This document shows positions 53,867 to 64,000 of a stretch of DNA of 64,000 bases, one piece after another. This stretch comes from Mobula birostris (taxonomy: Eukaryota): the NCBI RefSeq assembly GCF_030028105.1, contig NC_092394.1, positions 16,345,939-16,409,938 of the forward strand, read 5' to 3'. The notes beneath the pieces were generated by a model that did not search any database, was not told the DNA's origin, and was given only the letters and a program-made list of their open reading frames with translations. A program made the position numbers and the translations under genes. Each line of letters begins with the position of its first letter. The stretch's first letter is position 1.

Positions 53867-54716
53867 GAACAATCTGGAAGGTGATAGGAGAAGCCAGGTG
53901 GGTGGGTGGGGGGAGAACAAGCTGGAAGGTGATAGGTGAAGCCAGGTGGGTGTGTGCGGGGGGGGATGAACAATCTGGAAGGTGATAGGTGAAGCCAGTT
54001 GGGTGGGGGAGCTGAGAACAAGCTGGAAGGTGAAAGGTGAAGCCAGGTGGGTGGGTGGGGGGGGGCAGAGAACAATCTGGAAGGTGATAGGTGAAGCCAG
54101 GTGGGTGGGGGGAGCAGAGAACAAACTGGAAGGTGATAGGTGAAGCCAGGTGGGTGGGGGAGGGGCGGAGAACAAGCTGGTAGGTGATAGGTGAAGCCAG
54201 GTGGGTGGGGGTGGGGGATGAACAAGCTGGAAGGTGATAGGTGAAGTCAGGTGGGTGTGTGGGGAGGGGGATGAACAAGCTGGAAGGTGATAGGTGAAGC
54301 CAGGTGGGTGGGGGAGGGGCGAAGAACAAGCTGGAAGGTGATAGGTGAAGCCAGGTGGGTGGGGGTGGGGAGATGAACAATCTGGAAGGTGATAGGTGAA
54401 GCCAGGTGGGTGGGGGTGGGGAGATGAGCAAGCTGGAAGGTGATAGGTGAAGCCAGGTGGGTGGGGGGGGCGGAGAACAAGCTGGTAGGTGAAGCCAGGT
54501 GGGTGGGGGTGGGGAGAAGAACAATCTGGAAGGTGATAGGTGAAGCCAGGTGGATGGGTGGGGGGAGAACAATCTGGAAGGTGATAGGTGAAGCCAGGTG
54601 GGTGGGGGTGGGGGATGAACAAGCTGGAAGGTGATAGGTGAAGCCAGGTGGGTGTGTGGGGAGGGGGATGAACAAGCTGGAAGGTGATAGGTGAAGCCAG
54701 GTGGGTGGAGAGGGGG
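53867..54716. repeat. G-rich minisatellite, about 17 copies of about 50 bp, inside a minus-strand Penelope-derived repeat (about 53720-54900)
   Basis: Constant core GAACAA(G/T)CTGGAAGGTGATAGGTGAAGCCAGGTGGGT plus a variable G tract. Confidence 0.95.
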
Positions 54717-54962
54717 AACGGAGTGAGAAGCTGTGAGGTGATAAGTGGGAAAGGTAAAGGCTGAAGGTGGAATCTGATAGGCGAGGAGAGTGGACCATGG
54801 GAGAAAGGGAAGGAGGAAGGGTCCCAGAGAGAGGTGATAGGCAGGTGAGGAGAAAAGAAAAGGTAAAGCCAGACTGAAGAATGGAAGGAAGGAAGGAAGG
54901 GTGAAAAAAAAAACAGACGATTTTCATACATTCCTGGTTTAACTTCAGAAGTGCACACAGAC

Positions 54963-55042
54963 CAGGGGGTTCTCCAAGTTTTTTATGCCATAGACCCTCA
55001 TAATAACCGAGGGGTCCGTGGACCTCATGTTGGGAACCCCTG
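54963..55042. mobile_element. 80-bp hAT (Charlie-like) MITE; partial relatives near 7485, 8933, 13190 and 62815
   Basis: TIRs CAGGGG...CCCCTG; TSD not preserved. Confidence 0.7.
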
Positions 55043-55977
55043 CCCGAGGATACTCCCTGTTCACACAATCTCTCCAAAGGCATCAGTAAGATTACAACAT
55101 ACCCAAATGGAAATAGTTGTATACAACTTTCTCCACAACTGACTCCTGCTGGCAGTCACAGGCCGCTGCCCGTTACATTATTTTGTCCGTGAGGGGAGGA
55201 GCTGGTGCCAAGCGCTGGCACAAATAGAACAAACTGTCCCAAACAGCAAAGTGCCGAGGCTTTTCTCAGAAGGGTCAAATAAAATCTGACACCAAAAGCT
55301 GTACAGGGAGACGAGGTCAGCTGACCAAAGGCTGACAGAGGATTAGGTTTTCAGGGCCATCTTAAAGTAGAAGTGAGAGAGGTGGAGAGGTTTGAGGGGA
55401 TTCATACGGCACAACCAACGACAAAGGAGTTTAGACTGCAGTGAACACCATGGAAACAGGATCTGCCACCCAACAAGCCCACATGCCAACCAAGCTGCCC
55501 TCCTAAGCCAGTCCCATCTGCATGCATTTTAACCCATATCCCTCTACACTTTCCATTGTGGGCGGAGTTAGTTACCAATGACTGAGTGACCTGGCCTGCC
55601 CGACATTTTGACCCCTAACCTTTCCCATCAATGTACCCATCCACGTCTTTTTTAAAAATGCTGTAACTGTACCCTCCTCTACTGGCAGATCATTCCACAT
55701 ACCCGCCACCTTGAGGGAAAATGTTTCCCCAGATGGGAACAGGATCTTGGGAAACTGAAAATCAGATCCACAGTGCAAAGACAAGCTGGACGGTTGGTTA
55801 ATTGGTCATCGTAAATTGTCCTGTGATTAGGCTTGGGTTACATTGGGGGTTGCGAAGAGCCTACCCTACACTCTTATCTCAATAAATAAATAGCAAACAT
55901 TTCCTCTCTCCCCCACCCCCCAAAGAAAATGACAACAGAACAGATTTTTTGACAGGAGTGTGGTGGAGGAAGGAGAT

Positions 55978-56472
55978 TATAGAACACAGAAATTTACAGC
56001 ACATTACAGGCCCTTCAGCCCACAATGTTGTGCCGACCATGTAACCTACTCTGGATCCTGCCTTGAATTTCTGTACCACATAGCCCTATTTTTCTCAGCT
56101 CCATATACCTATCCGAGAGTCTCTGGAAAAAACCCTATTGTATCCGCCTCCACCACCATCGCTGGCAGTGCATTCCACACACCCACCACTCTCTGTGTGG
56201 AAAAAAATTACCTTTGACATCCCCCTTGTACTACTTCCAATCACCTTAAAACTATGTCCCCTCGTGTTAGACATTTCAGCCTTGAGAAAAAGCCTCTCGC
56301 TATCCACACGTTCAATGCCCCTCATCACCTTTTATGTAAATTTTCATCCTCTGTCGACCCAAGGAGAAAAGGCCAAGTTCACTCAACCTATTCGCATAAA
56401 GTCGCTCTCCAGTCCAGCCAACATCCTTGCAGATCTCCTCTGCACTCTCCCTACAGAATCCGTATCCTTCTT
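55978..56472 (-). mobile_element. CR1 3' fragment
   Basis: MRGIERVDSERLF...TRGHSFKV peptide. Confidence 0.8.
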
Positions 56473-58345
56473 GTCAAATCCCATCAGGAATTGCAAAATT
56501 CAATGGGGAAAACATGTTCACAGTTTCTGGAGACTGTACAACACTCTCACCAAGATGGTCTTTGGGCACAGGACTACAATAAGGACAGGTAGGAACCATC
56601 ATAGCCCAGCTCTAGTTCAATGTCAGATGCTCAATATTCAATTCTGCTGGGAATTCAGCTCCACTCCCACCCTCCGGACCAACCTTTCACTTTCACCTCC
56701 ACCCCCCCAGTAAGATCATGAATCAGGCATGCCTCTCCTAAAACAGCAAAGCCCATGGGGAGTTGGGTTAAGGTAAGTTAACCGTTTCCACACGGGACCC
56801 TCAGAAGCAGGCGGAGGGTGGGGTGGGGCACCCACCAAACAACTGAAGATGCAGACGCAGCGCAGGGGATGAACAGATCATCTCAGAACTCACTAGTCCC
56901 CCTCCCCACAGATGGGGGTAAACCTGCTCAAATCACCTTAACCACCCTGGGATTGGGGATGGGTGGAAGAAACACTGCCTGGGATAGCCAGTCCCAATAC
57001 TGACCCTCAAGTCCAGAGCAGCACATTCCAGATGAAAAATCGCCACCTGCCAAGCATCTAGTACACCTCAGCCTGACCCACCTGGGGTCTGAGACCATGC
57101 TTAAATGCTGATTGACATGGAAGAACACTCGGCCAGTCAGCCCCCCTCAAGGCCATTCAGCCCTTCAAGCCTGTTCTAGCAGGCAATACCAACATGACTG
57201 ATTCTCCATCTCAGTACCTCGATCACGGCATCTCCAGTACACCAGTGGTCAAGAGGTTGTACATACAACAGTACAGAAGGCCCTTCAGCCCACAATATCT
57301 GTGCTGACCAAAACACCAGCCTGAACTAACCCCACCTGTCTGTTCCTATATTTCCCGAAATACTCTCAGCACAGCCCTCTATGGTCGGGAATCCGACGGC
57401 CCTGTCTGTCTCAACCGGCACGCTGATCCAGTGAGTCCTGGCTCGTACCTCAGACAGCACACCCCCCGTTGTGCCCAGGTTGTACAAGTCCCACCAGAAT
57501 GATAAACATTAAAACCAGCTCTCCTCTCATTTCAGTGAACAGACACTCGGTTAACAGAAGGGGGGTGGGGTGGAACGGTAGATTTTCAGACCTTTAGCTA
57601 CTGGGAGGGCAGCCAGACTGAGGGTGTAGCGCGGTAATCGCAGAGCGGGGGGTGGGGGGAATGTTAAAATAGATTGGAAGAGTGGAGACAAAAATCACCC
57701 AGGACATTCACCCCACGTGTCCAGCACTAACACCGCCCGGCGCCAGCTCCCCAGGTCATTCCACCGCCCAGCGTTCTCCAGGCGGCAGATACACTCTGCC
57801 GTTGAACGGTGGACGAGGTGACACGTATTTCCCGGCTGCGACCTAGCGCCTGCCAGTCTGCTGACTGTCCGCCCGGTCATTTACAGCTATTAAATGCCGC
57901 TCTGTGGCCACTCTATCCACACGGCTCCTCCCAGGGAATGCAAGCAGACAGCTTTCAACCACATGCACTGGGGAACCGACAAAGGAAAAAGTCCAGTAGC
58001 GGGAGGGGAGGGTGGAGGGGGGGAATTAGCCAGCCAAAAATAAACGGCAAGTCGAGAAAACAATTCTGAGTGCACAAATCTATGTTCCGCAGCGCAAACT
58101 GTTGTTCACTTCACTGAATTACATTCTAATACTTCAAATGCAAAACATCTATCTCAAACACCAGAAACAAATCATAAAGGGTTACATTTTCATTACAAAG
58201 TTCAAAATCTGAGATCTGCAACAAACCACCTCTCTCCAACGCAATGACATTTCTACAAAGGATTTAATTAGATGCTGTTTCAGACTTTCGGTAAATTTAA
58301 AATCGCTGCCACGTTAAGACTGTCCAACTGCCTACATACACCCAC

Positions 58346-58561
58346 CGAGGCCCGGGGATGCCCTCTGGACGGAAAGCCGTGATCATCCTGTTCCAGTAGC
58401 CGGTTCTCTGCCAAACTCCCCGGGGACGGGAGCCAAACGCTGGGCGTAGGGCTCGGGCTCGGCGGCAGTCCCGAGTCGGGACTATCCAGCACTCTTTCCC
58501 CCAGCCGCTTCGGCTCCACCAGGGGACCAGTCACCTCCTGGAGATTTAAGCTGCCAACCAT
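58346..58561 (-). CDS. RFLNB: Refilin B coding exon 1 with the PEST/DSG degron
   Basis: MVGSLNLQEV...VLDSPDSGLPPSPSP. Donor TCG|GTGGGT (phase 0). Total CDS 636 nt = 211 aa plus stop. Intron 1 is about 29.4 kb. Confidence 0.95.
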
Positions 58562-59120
58562 CGCCGCTTGCCCACAATCTGCCCCCGCCAACTCCCGTCC
58601 ACCTAGATTGTTTTTAAAATGCAGTCGGATTTTTTTTTAAAAAAACAACAAAATCCAGCGGGTTGTAATTAAATAAAATCTTGCAGTGAGACTTTCTATC
58701 AAACTGTGAGCCAATGTACTCAATCCAGTGTCCCCTGTCTCGACGTGCGACTTGACTGGGAGCTCAGGAGCAGCGACACATTCCACCCGGACCCGAACTC
58801 AAGGACCTCATTGTTTCTGCGAAGCGGTTGATTTAGTAACAGCGGAGAGAACCGCCTGCATTCTCTGCACGCCCGCTGATTGGGTAGCCCAGAGGTCCTG
58901 TGTGGGAGGGGAGGGCTGGGCCGGGATGCAAAGAATAGCTTGAACTTGGAACAACCCACAGCAAACTTATAAGGTGGGTGGATTCGTATCAATTGACCGG
59001 CAGTGTGAGGTGGGTAGGGGAGGGAATCCCCCTTTCACTCCTCTATCCCTGCATTCCTCCCCGAACACTATCCCTTCATTTTTCACATTTGTTTTTAAAC
59101 GGGCGGGGGGGGGGTCGGAA

Positions 59121-59128
59121 TATTTATA
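59121..59128 (-). promoter_or_regulatory. Candidate TATA box TATAAATA for RFLNB
   Basis: Consensus on the gene strand with a GC box immediately upstream; predicts a TSS near 59095. Confidence 0.5.
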
Positions 59129-61855
59129 GACTGGGCGGGGTGTGGGTGGGGTGGCCGTGCACGCCAAAGGGAGGGGCTGAGATGCTTTGCAGATGTGTGT
59201 GCGCCATCAGTATTACTATCGGTTGAGGGAGAGCGGGTCGGACGTGAATTTTTCAGCCGGTGAAGGCGGCGGATTTGGGAATGCGGGCAAGTTTCTGCAT
59301 AATTTGTGCCGAACATTTTCAGGTGAAAGATTACACGAAAAGCAAAAAAAAACACAACTCTTTTATAGAAGCATTTCACACCAAAGGTCCCAAATCAATA
59401 AAGTGTTCTAACGCGAACAATCGAGGAGCCTCACCGGCATTCCTAAACACCAAGCACAGAACACCGCGTATTCGAAGATTTTGCAAATACTCACGTTCAT
59501 CGACTTGATTTCTCTCTCCGCAGTTACTGTCCGATCTGCCGAATATTTTCAACCTTACTGATTTTACTTCGTCTGTTTTGATCATGTTCTTTGTGGAGCA
59601 GGAGTGAGTTGCGACATCAAGGGCAACTCCCTTTTTCTCAAATGCATCGTGAGGAATTTTGCATTCACCTGAGGGAACGAGGTAGTGCCGCCTATCGTGC
59701 AGCGCTCCTGTACTCAAAGTGGTAGCGTGGGTTTTATGTGCCTTCGTAGTGGGTGTGTCCGAGGGTCATACGGCATGGAAACGGGCCCTTTTGCCCAGAC
59801 TCTCCATGCCGATCAATGGACAATTCTATCCTAGCCTCACTTAACTCCATTTCACCTTTTTATGTTTTGGCAATTTTTGTCCAGATTCAATGCGAGAATC
59901 TGTCTCCACCACTCTAACGCACCACACATTCCAGATCCAGCTACTCACTGTGTGAAAAAAAACATCCCACCAGATCTCCACCACACCTACCTCTCATCTC
60001 TGCCCCCTCGCCCTGAACATCTCTCATCCACCATGGGAAAAAGGATTTCGACTATCCAAGACCCTTATAATTGTGTCTGCCCCTGTCAGGTCTCCCCTCA
60101 GCTTCCTAAGCTGCAGGGAAGTAATACTCAGCCTATCCGATATCTCCTCAGAACTTATGAATCCCCCCTCTGCCTTCCCCAGCACGGTCACATCTGTAAG
60201 ATGGGATTTAGAATGAAACGCTCCGGCACAGCGGCGCGAGTGCTACCAGCTGAACTAAAAGCCAAAATTCAAAGAGTGCTGTAGACAAAATCTATTACTA
60301 CTGATATTTGCCCCCACAGCATGTCACATGCGGGAAAGTACTCCCAAAACCCATGGTAACCCCTTCCTCACTCAATCACTATCACTCTACAAACTCCTCT
60401 GACAGATACCAGCAGGGTAAATGCCAGAAGCCGAGTGAGGTTTTTTTATGATGAATTGCTGTTCTAAAAGAACTGGTCTGAAAGAGCTTCAAACTCGGTT
60501 TTATTGTTGAGGAAGGAATTTCAACTATCGGCCAGCGCTGCCTGGCCTGAATCCAGGATATCATATCAGCGTTCCAATCCTCTGTAGCTTTCCAGCGTGC
60601 CTGGTTTCTTCAGCTCCAGAAATGCACGGACACAAATTCCACTTCGATTTTTACCGTTTTAAAGTACATATACTTAAGCTTTCATTGTGGTGATTTAAAG
60701 GATCAGCGTCCCGTTGTCATTGTAAATGCGATCTTGCTAAACTTACTATTTAAATGCGTGTTTGCAAAAAGCACACTGATCCATTGTACAGATTCTTGGC
60801 AAATCAGCATTGCCAAATATGCAGCTGATTATATTTACCTACTGTATATTAAACCAGAACAGTAACTAGGCTTGTTGTCACTCTTTTTGAAGAGTTAAGG
60901 AGAAACCCCCATTCACTGGCTTGGCACTGGACCGCTACTGATACGAATACGGACTTGTTTTTTTTACTAAGCGCAGTTTCGGGAGCCTGGATTCTGAATC
61001 GTTCCCTGCTCCAGTGCGTCTTTTAGGTGCAGAATCCTCTAAAGGGGATTGATTTATTTAAAGTCACTGCAAAATTGGAATCACTCGACCCTCTGTCAAC
61101 TGCGCTGTCCACGGCGCATTTCCTTCCACGCCCCCTCTCACTGTTCACGGTCTGGGTAACCTTCTGCCCGCGGTTCAGTATTGTGGCACAGGTAGATACC
61201 TCCAGTAGTATACATACAGCAAGTGAGATAAACGGGCAGTGAATTTGTTTTGAGTTGAGAAAACCTCAAAAACATCTTCCTGCAGGCAGTTGAGCTGATC
61301 AATCATTCTAGTTACATCCCCCACCCCATCTATTACCTCAGCCACTGCACTGTAAACACGCAAAACCGCTTTACCATTTTTTATTATGCTGTTTACTTGT
61401 AAATACCACTGAGCATATCTACACGAAGCGCTGTCGCAGGAAAGCAGCATCCATCATCAGCCCATGCTCTGTTTTCGCTGCCGCCGTCAAGAAGACGGTA
61501 CAGGAGCCTCAAGACCCGCGGCACCAGGTCCGGGAACAGTTACTACCCCTCAACCATCAGGATCTTGAACCAAACGGGATAATTTCACTTGCCCCATCAT
61601 TGAAATGTTCCCACAACCTATGGACTCGCTTCCAAGAACTCTTCATCTCATGTTCTCGATATTTGTTGCCTATTTATTTATTATTATCATTATTTATTTC
61701 TTTGTGTACGTGCACAGTTTGTTGTGTTTTGCACACTGGTTGAATGCCAGTGAATGGCGTGGTCTCTCATTGATTCTGTTACAGTTATTATTGAATATTC
61801 CGCAAGAAAATGAATCTCAAGATTGTACAAGGTGACATATATGCACTTTGAGTGT

Positions 61856-62152
61856 GGGCACGTGGCCAAGTGGTTAATGCATTGGACTAGCGACCTGAAC
61901 GTCGTGAGTTCGAGCACCAGCTGAGACAGCCTGTTGTGTCCTTGAGCAAGGCACTTAATCACAGAGTGCTCTGCGATGACACCGGTGCCAAGCTGTATGG
62001 GTCCTAATGCCCTTCCCTTGGACAACATTGGTGTCGTGGAGAGGGGAGACTTACAGCATGGGCAACTGCCGGTCTTCCATATAACCTTGCCCAGGTCTGC
62101 CAGAGTGAAGACTTCCCAGGCGCAGATCCGTGGTCTCGCAAGACTAACGGAT
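61856..62152 (+). mobile_element. tRNA-headed SINE with RTE-like tail, nested in a LINE 3' tail (about 61430-61850)
   Basis: A box TGGCCAAGTGG and B box GTTCGAGC. ACTTTGAG duplicated at 61845-61852 and 62155-62162. Confidence 0.8.
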
Positions 62153-62489
62153 GTACTTTGAGCATTGAGTTTTGAGATAAACACTGGTATTTATTCACAT
62201 TTTTATCCATACTTCTAAATTTATTTTTATATAATTCTTTATATTTACTTTTTCTTGTACATTGTGCCAACACACCACAGCAAATTCCTAAAACATGTAA
62301 ATGTATATGGTGAATAAAGTTGATTCTTGTTCGTTGAGGAACAAGTGGTCTCAAATAGATTGTTCTTCTTCAAATAATGCTGTGGCATCTTTCAGTTGTC
62401 TCAAGGGGGCATCCAAATGCTTAGAAAATACACCATGCCATTTCTTAATATATCAAAATGCAGTTTTGGGTAACGTTGTTGCTGAAGGT

Positions 62490-62950
62490 TGAAAATGAGG
62501 GAGGAGTTCATGCTGCAGCTCTATAAAACCCCAGTCGAACTAGAGTTGTGTTCAGTTCTGGTCGCCTCATTACAGGAAGGATGTGGAAGCTTTAGGGAGG
62601 GTGCTGAGGGGATTTATCAGGATGCTGCTTGGACTGGAGAGCATGTCTGATAAGGAGAGTTTGAATAAGCTAGGGCTTTTCTGTTTTGGAGTGAAGAAGG
62701 GTGCAAGATGATTTTATAGTACAAGATGATAAAAGACATAGATTGAGTGGATAGCCAGAGACTTCTTCCCAGGGTGTATATGGTTTGTATAAGCAGGCAT
62801 AATTTGAAGATGGGGGGGGGTTCTCAAACTTTTCTATGCCATGGACCCCTACCATTAACTAGGGACCACAGGTTGGGAACTCCTTTTTTAAGATAATGGG
62901 AGGATGTCAGAGGCAAGCTTTATACAGAGAATGGTGGATGCACGGAACAA
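62490..62950 (+). mobile_element. CR1 3' fragment containing a hAT MITE remnant
   Basis: CVQFWSPHYRKDVEAL-encoding sequence. Confidence 0.75.
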
Positions 62951-63195
62951 GAGCTGAACTGTGCTATAATGTTCTATATACATTTGTGTTGTTGTTGGGC
63001 TTTGCTGTGAAATTGCCAGATTCAGCGCAGTATTCCCAGCTGAGACATCGTAAGTTCTCACAGTTTTCACCATTCAGCCTAGCAGATTCCATCTTTGCAG
63101 TCACCACCTTAAGGTTCAAACAGCACTCTTTCAGCCACTGGGTGGTGTTGCTACTGAATGAACAGATGCCAGTTTCAGGTAGTAGGTGATGGGAT

Positions 63196-63521
63196 AATGC
63201 ACACAGGGGAGTCAGAAGCTGGTAATCACAGTACATAGAAAGCCTTTGCCAGTCAAAATAAACTTGACAAGATTAAACAGAAAGCACAAGGGCTTAATGA
63301 CTCTAGATAAGACAGCAATTAACAAATACAGGAAATACAGGTGCACAGACTGGTGAAGATGCCATGAGTCCTGTGGGCTTGTGCACCTGTATTTGTTAAT
63401 TGCTGTCTTATCTAGAGTTGTTTAGCCCTCGTGCTTTTTGTTTAATCTTCTCAAGTTTATTTTGACTGGCACGGGTTTTCGGCGTACTGTGATTATTTAA
63501 ATCGGACTCCCAATTAGCATT
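63196..63521. repeat. Long imperfect inverted repeat (foldback), arms about 140-150 bp, 32-nt spacer
   Basis: Perfect 33-bp (63300-63332/63386-63418), 21-bp (63247-63267/63451-63471) and 12-bp (63223-63234/63484-63495) pairings. Confidence 0.95.
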
Positions 63522-64000
63522 TTGTGGGGTCCTTGAGTGTTTTGAGAGTGATGCGTTGTGTGGTGTCACTCAATCATGCCACCGATATTCAGCTGGAATT
63601 CCTATGAATAAACTCTTGCTTCTGTCTCACTATGGCAGCCTGTTGTTCCGCCACACCTGGGTTCAGGCATCTGTCAGAGCACACACCGTGACAGAAGAAC
63701 AGTGCTCACAGGAGACACGTTCATTTTACAAGGGGATCCTAAAACCATCCAGAGCCATGGCCAAGTGCTTATGGTGATGCATTACCAGGGCAATGCCCCC
63801 AAGTCTTTGAATGGCCTCACTTCTGGGAAGACTGCAAAGTCTGGGTGACCTCCCCAGTGCAGGAGAGAGCAGCCTGTATGATAATGCACATGAGGTTTTA
63901 GGATTTCAGTGAAGATAAATCCATTTGAATGTTAACCTTTAAGTTGTACAGTTCCAGGAGAAACAAGTTTAGTAAAAGCTGGAGCTATACACAAAACACT

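Larger units (their letters stand above)
57600..59800 (-). promoter_or_regulatory. RFLNB CpG island / promoter
   Basis: Elevated CpG around exon 1, GC boxes at 59101 and 59133, several CATTCC (MCAT) motifs. Boundaries are approximate. Confidence 0.7.

Noticed and set aside
53867-54716. CRISPR-like look (constant repeat plus variable spacer)
   Set aside because: The 'spacers' are short, related G-runs rather than unique sequences; there are no cas genes and the context is vertebrate.
53728-55083. Long Pro/His-rich ORFs (388, 278, 248 and 165 aa)
   Set aside because: They are translations of the C-rich minisatellite strand, open in several frames, with no gene context.
22684-58561. Alternative assignment as RFLNA
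   Set aside because: The PLSFGEGVE.DPLPPKE.R and IVYPKY motifs and adjacency to LIAT1 favour RFLNB.
59440-59717. Minus-strand ORF ending QVDEREYLQNLRIRG, reminiscent of LINE ORF1 (NNLRIRG)
   Set aside because: Only one short motif; too weak to call without a profile search.

Overview
This is vertebrate nuclear DNA. The repeat content (tRNA-derived SINEs, CR1, Rex/L2-like LINEs and Penelope-like elements) suggests a cartilaginous fish, probably a ray; this is an inference. Two spliced genes can be rebuilt by hand with phase-consistent GT-AG junctions. LIAT1 (+) has coding exons 1533-1710 and 9961-10313 (176 aa). RFLNB/refilin B (-) has coding exons 58561-58346, 28936-28827 and 22993-22684 (211 aa). 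They are convergent, as in human. A probable first exon of an unidentified divergent gene lies at about 630-765 in the LIAT1 CpG island. Most remaining sequence is transposon debris, so almost all short ORFs in the track are spurious. The strongest unusual signal is self-cleaving-ribozyme architecture inside small retroelements. First, a TSD-flanked, ORF-less, RTE-like element of about 560 bp (39838-40400) begins at the predicted cleavage site of a complete HDV-like double pseudoknot that carries an atypical hairpin in loop L3. Second, about ten copies of a minimal type-I hammerhead motif sit in Penelope-like 3' repeats. Other notable items are a ~325-bp foldback palindrome upstream of RFLNB, a hAT-like element with an apparent 6-bp TSD, and a G-rich ~50-bp minisatellite that arose inside a Penelope repeat. 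All RNA folds were derived by eye and are untested.
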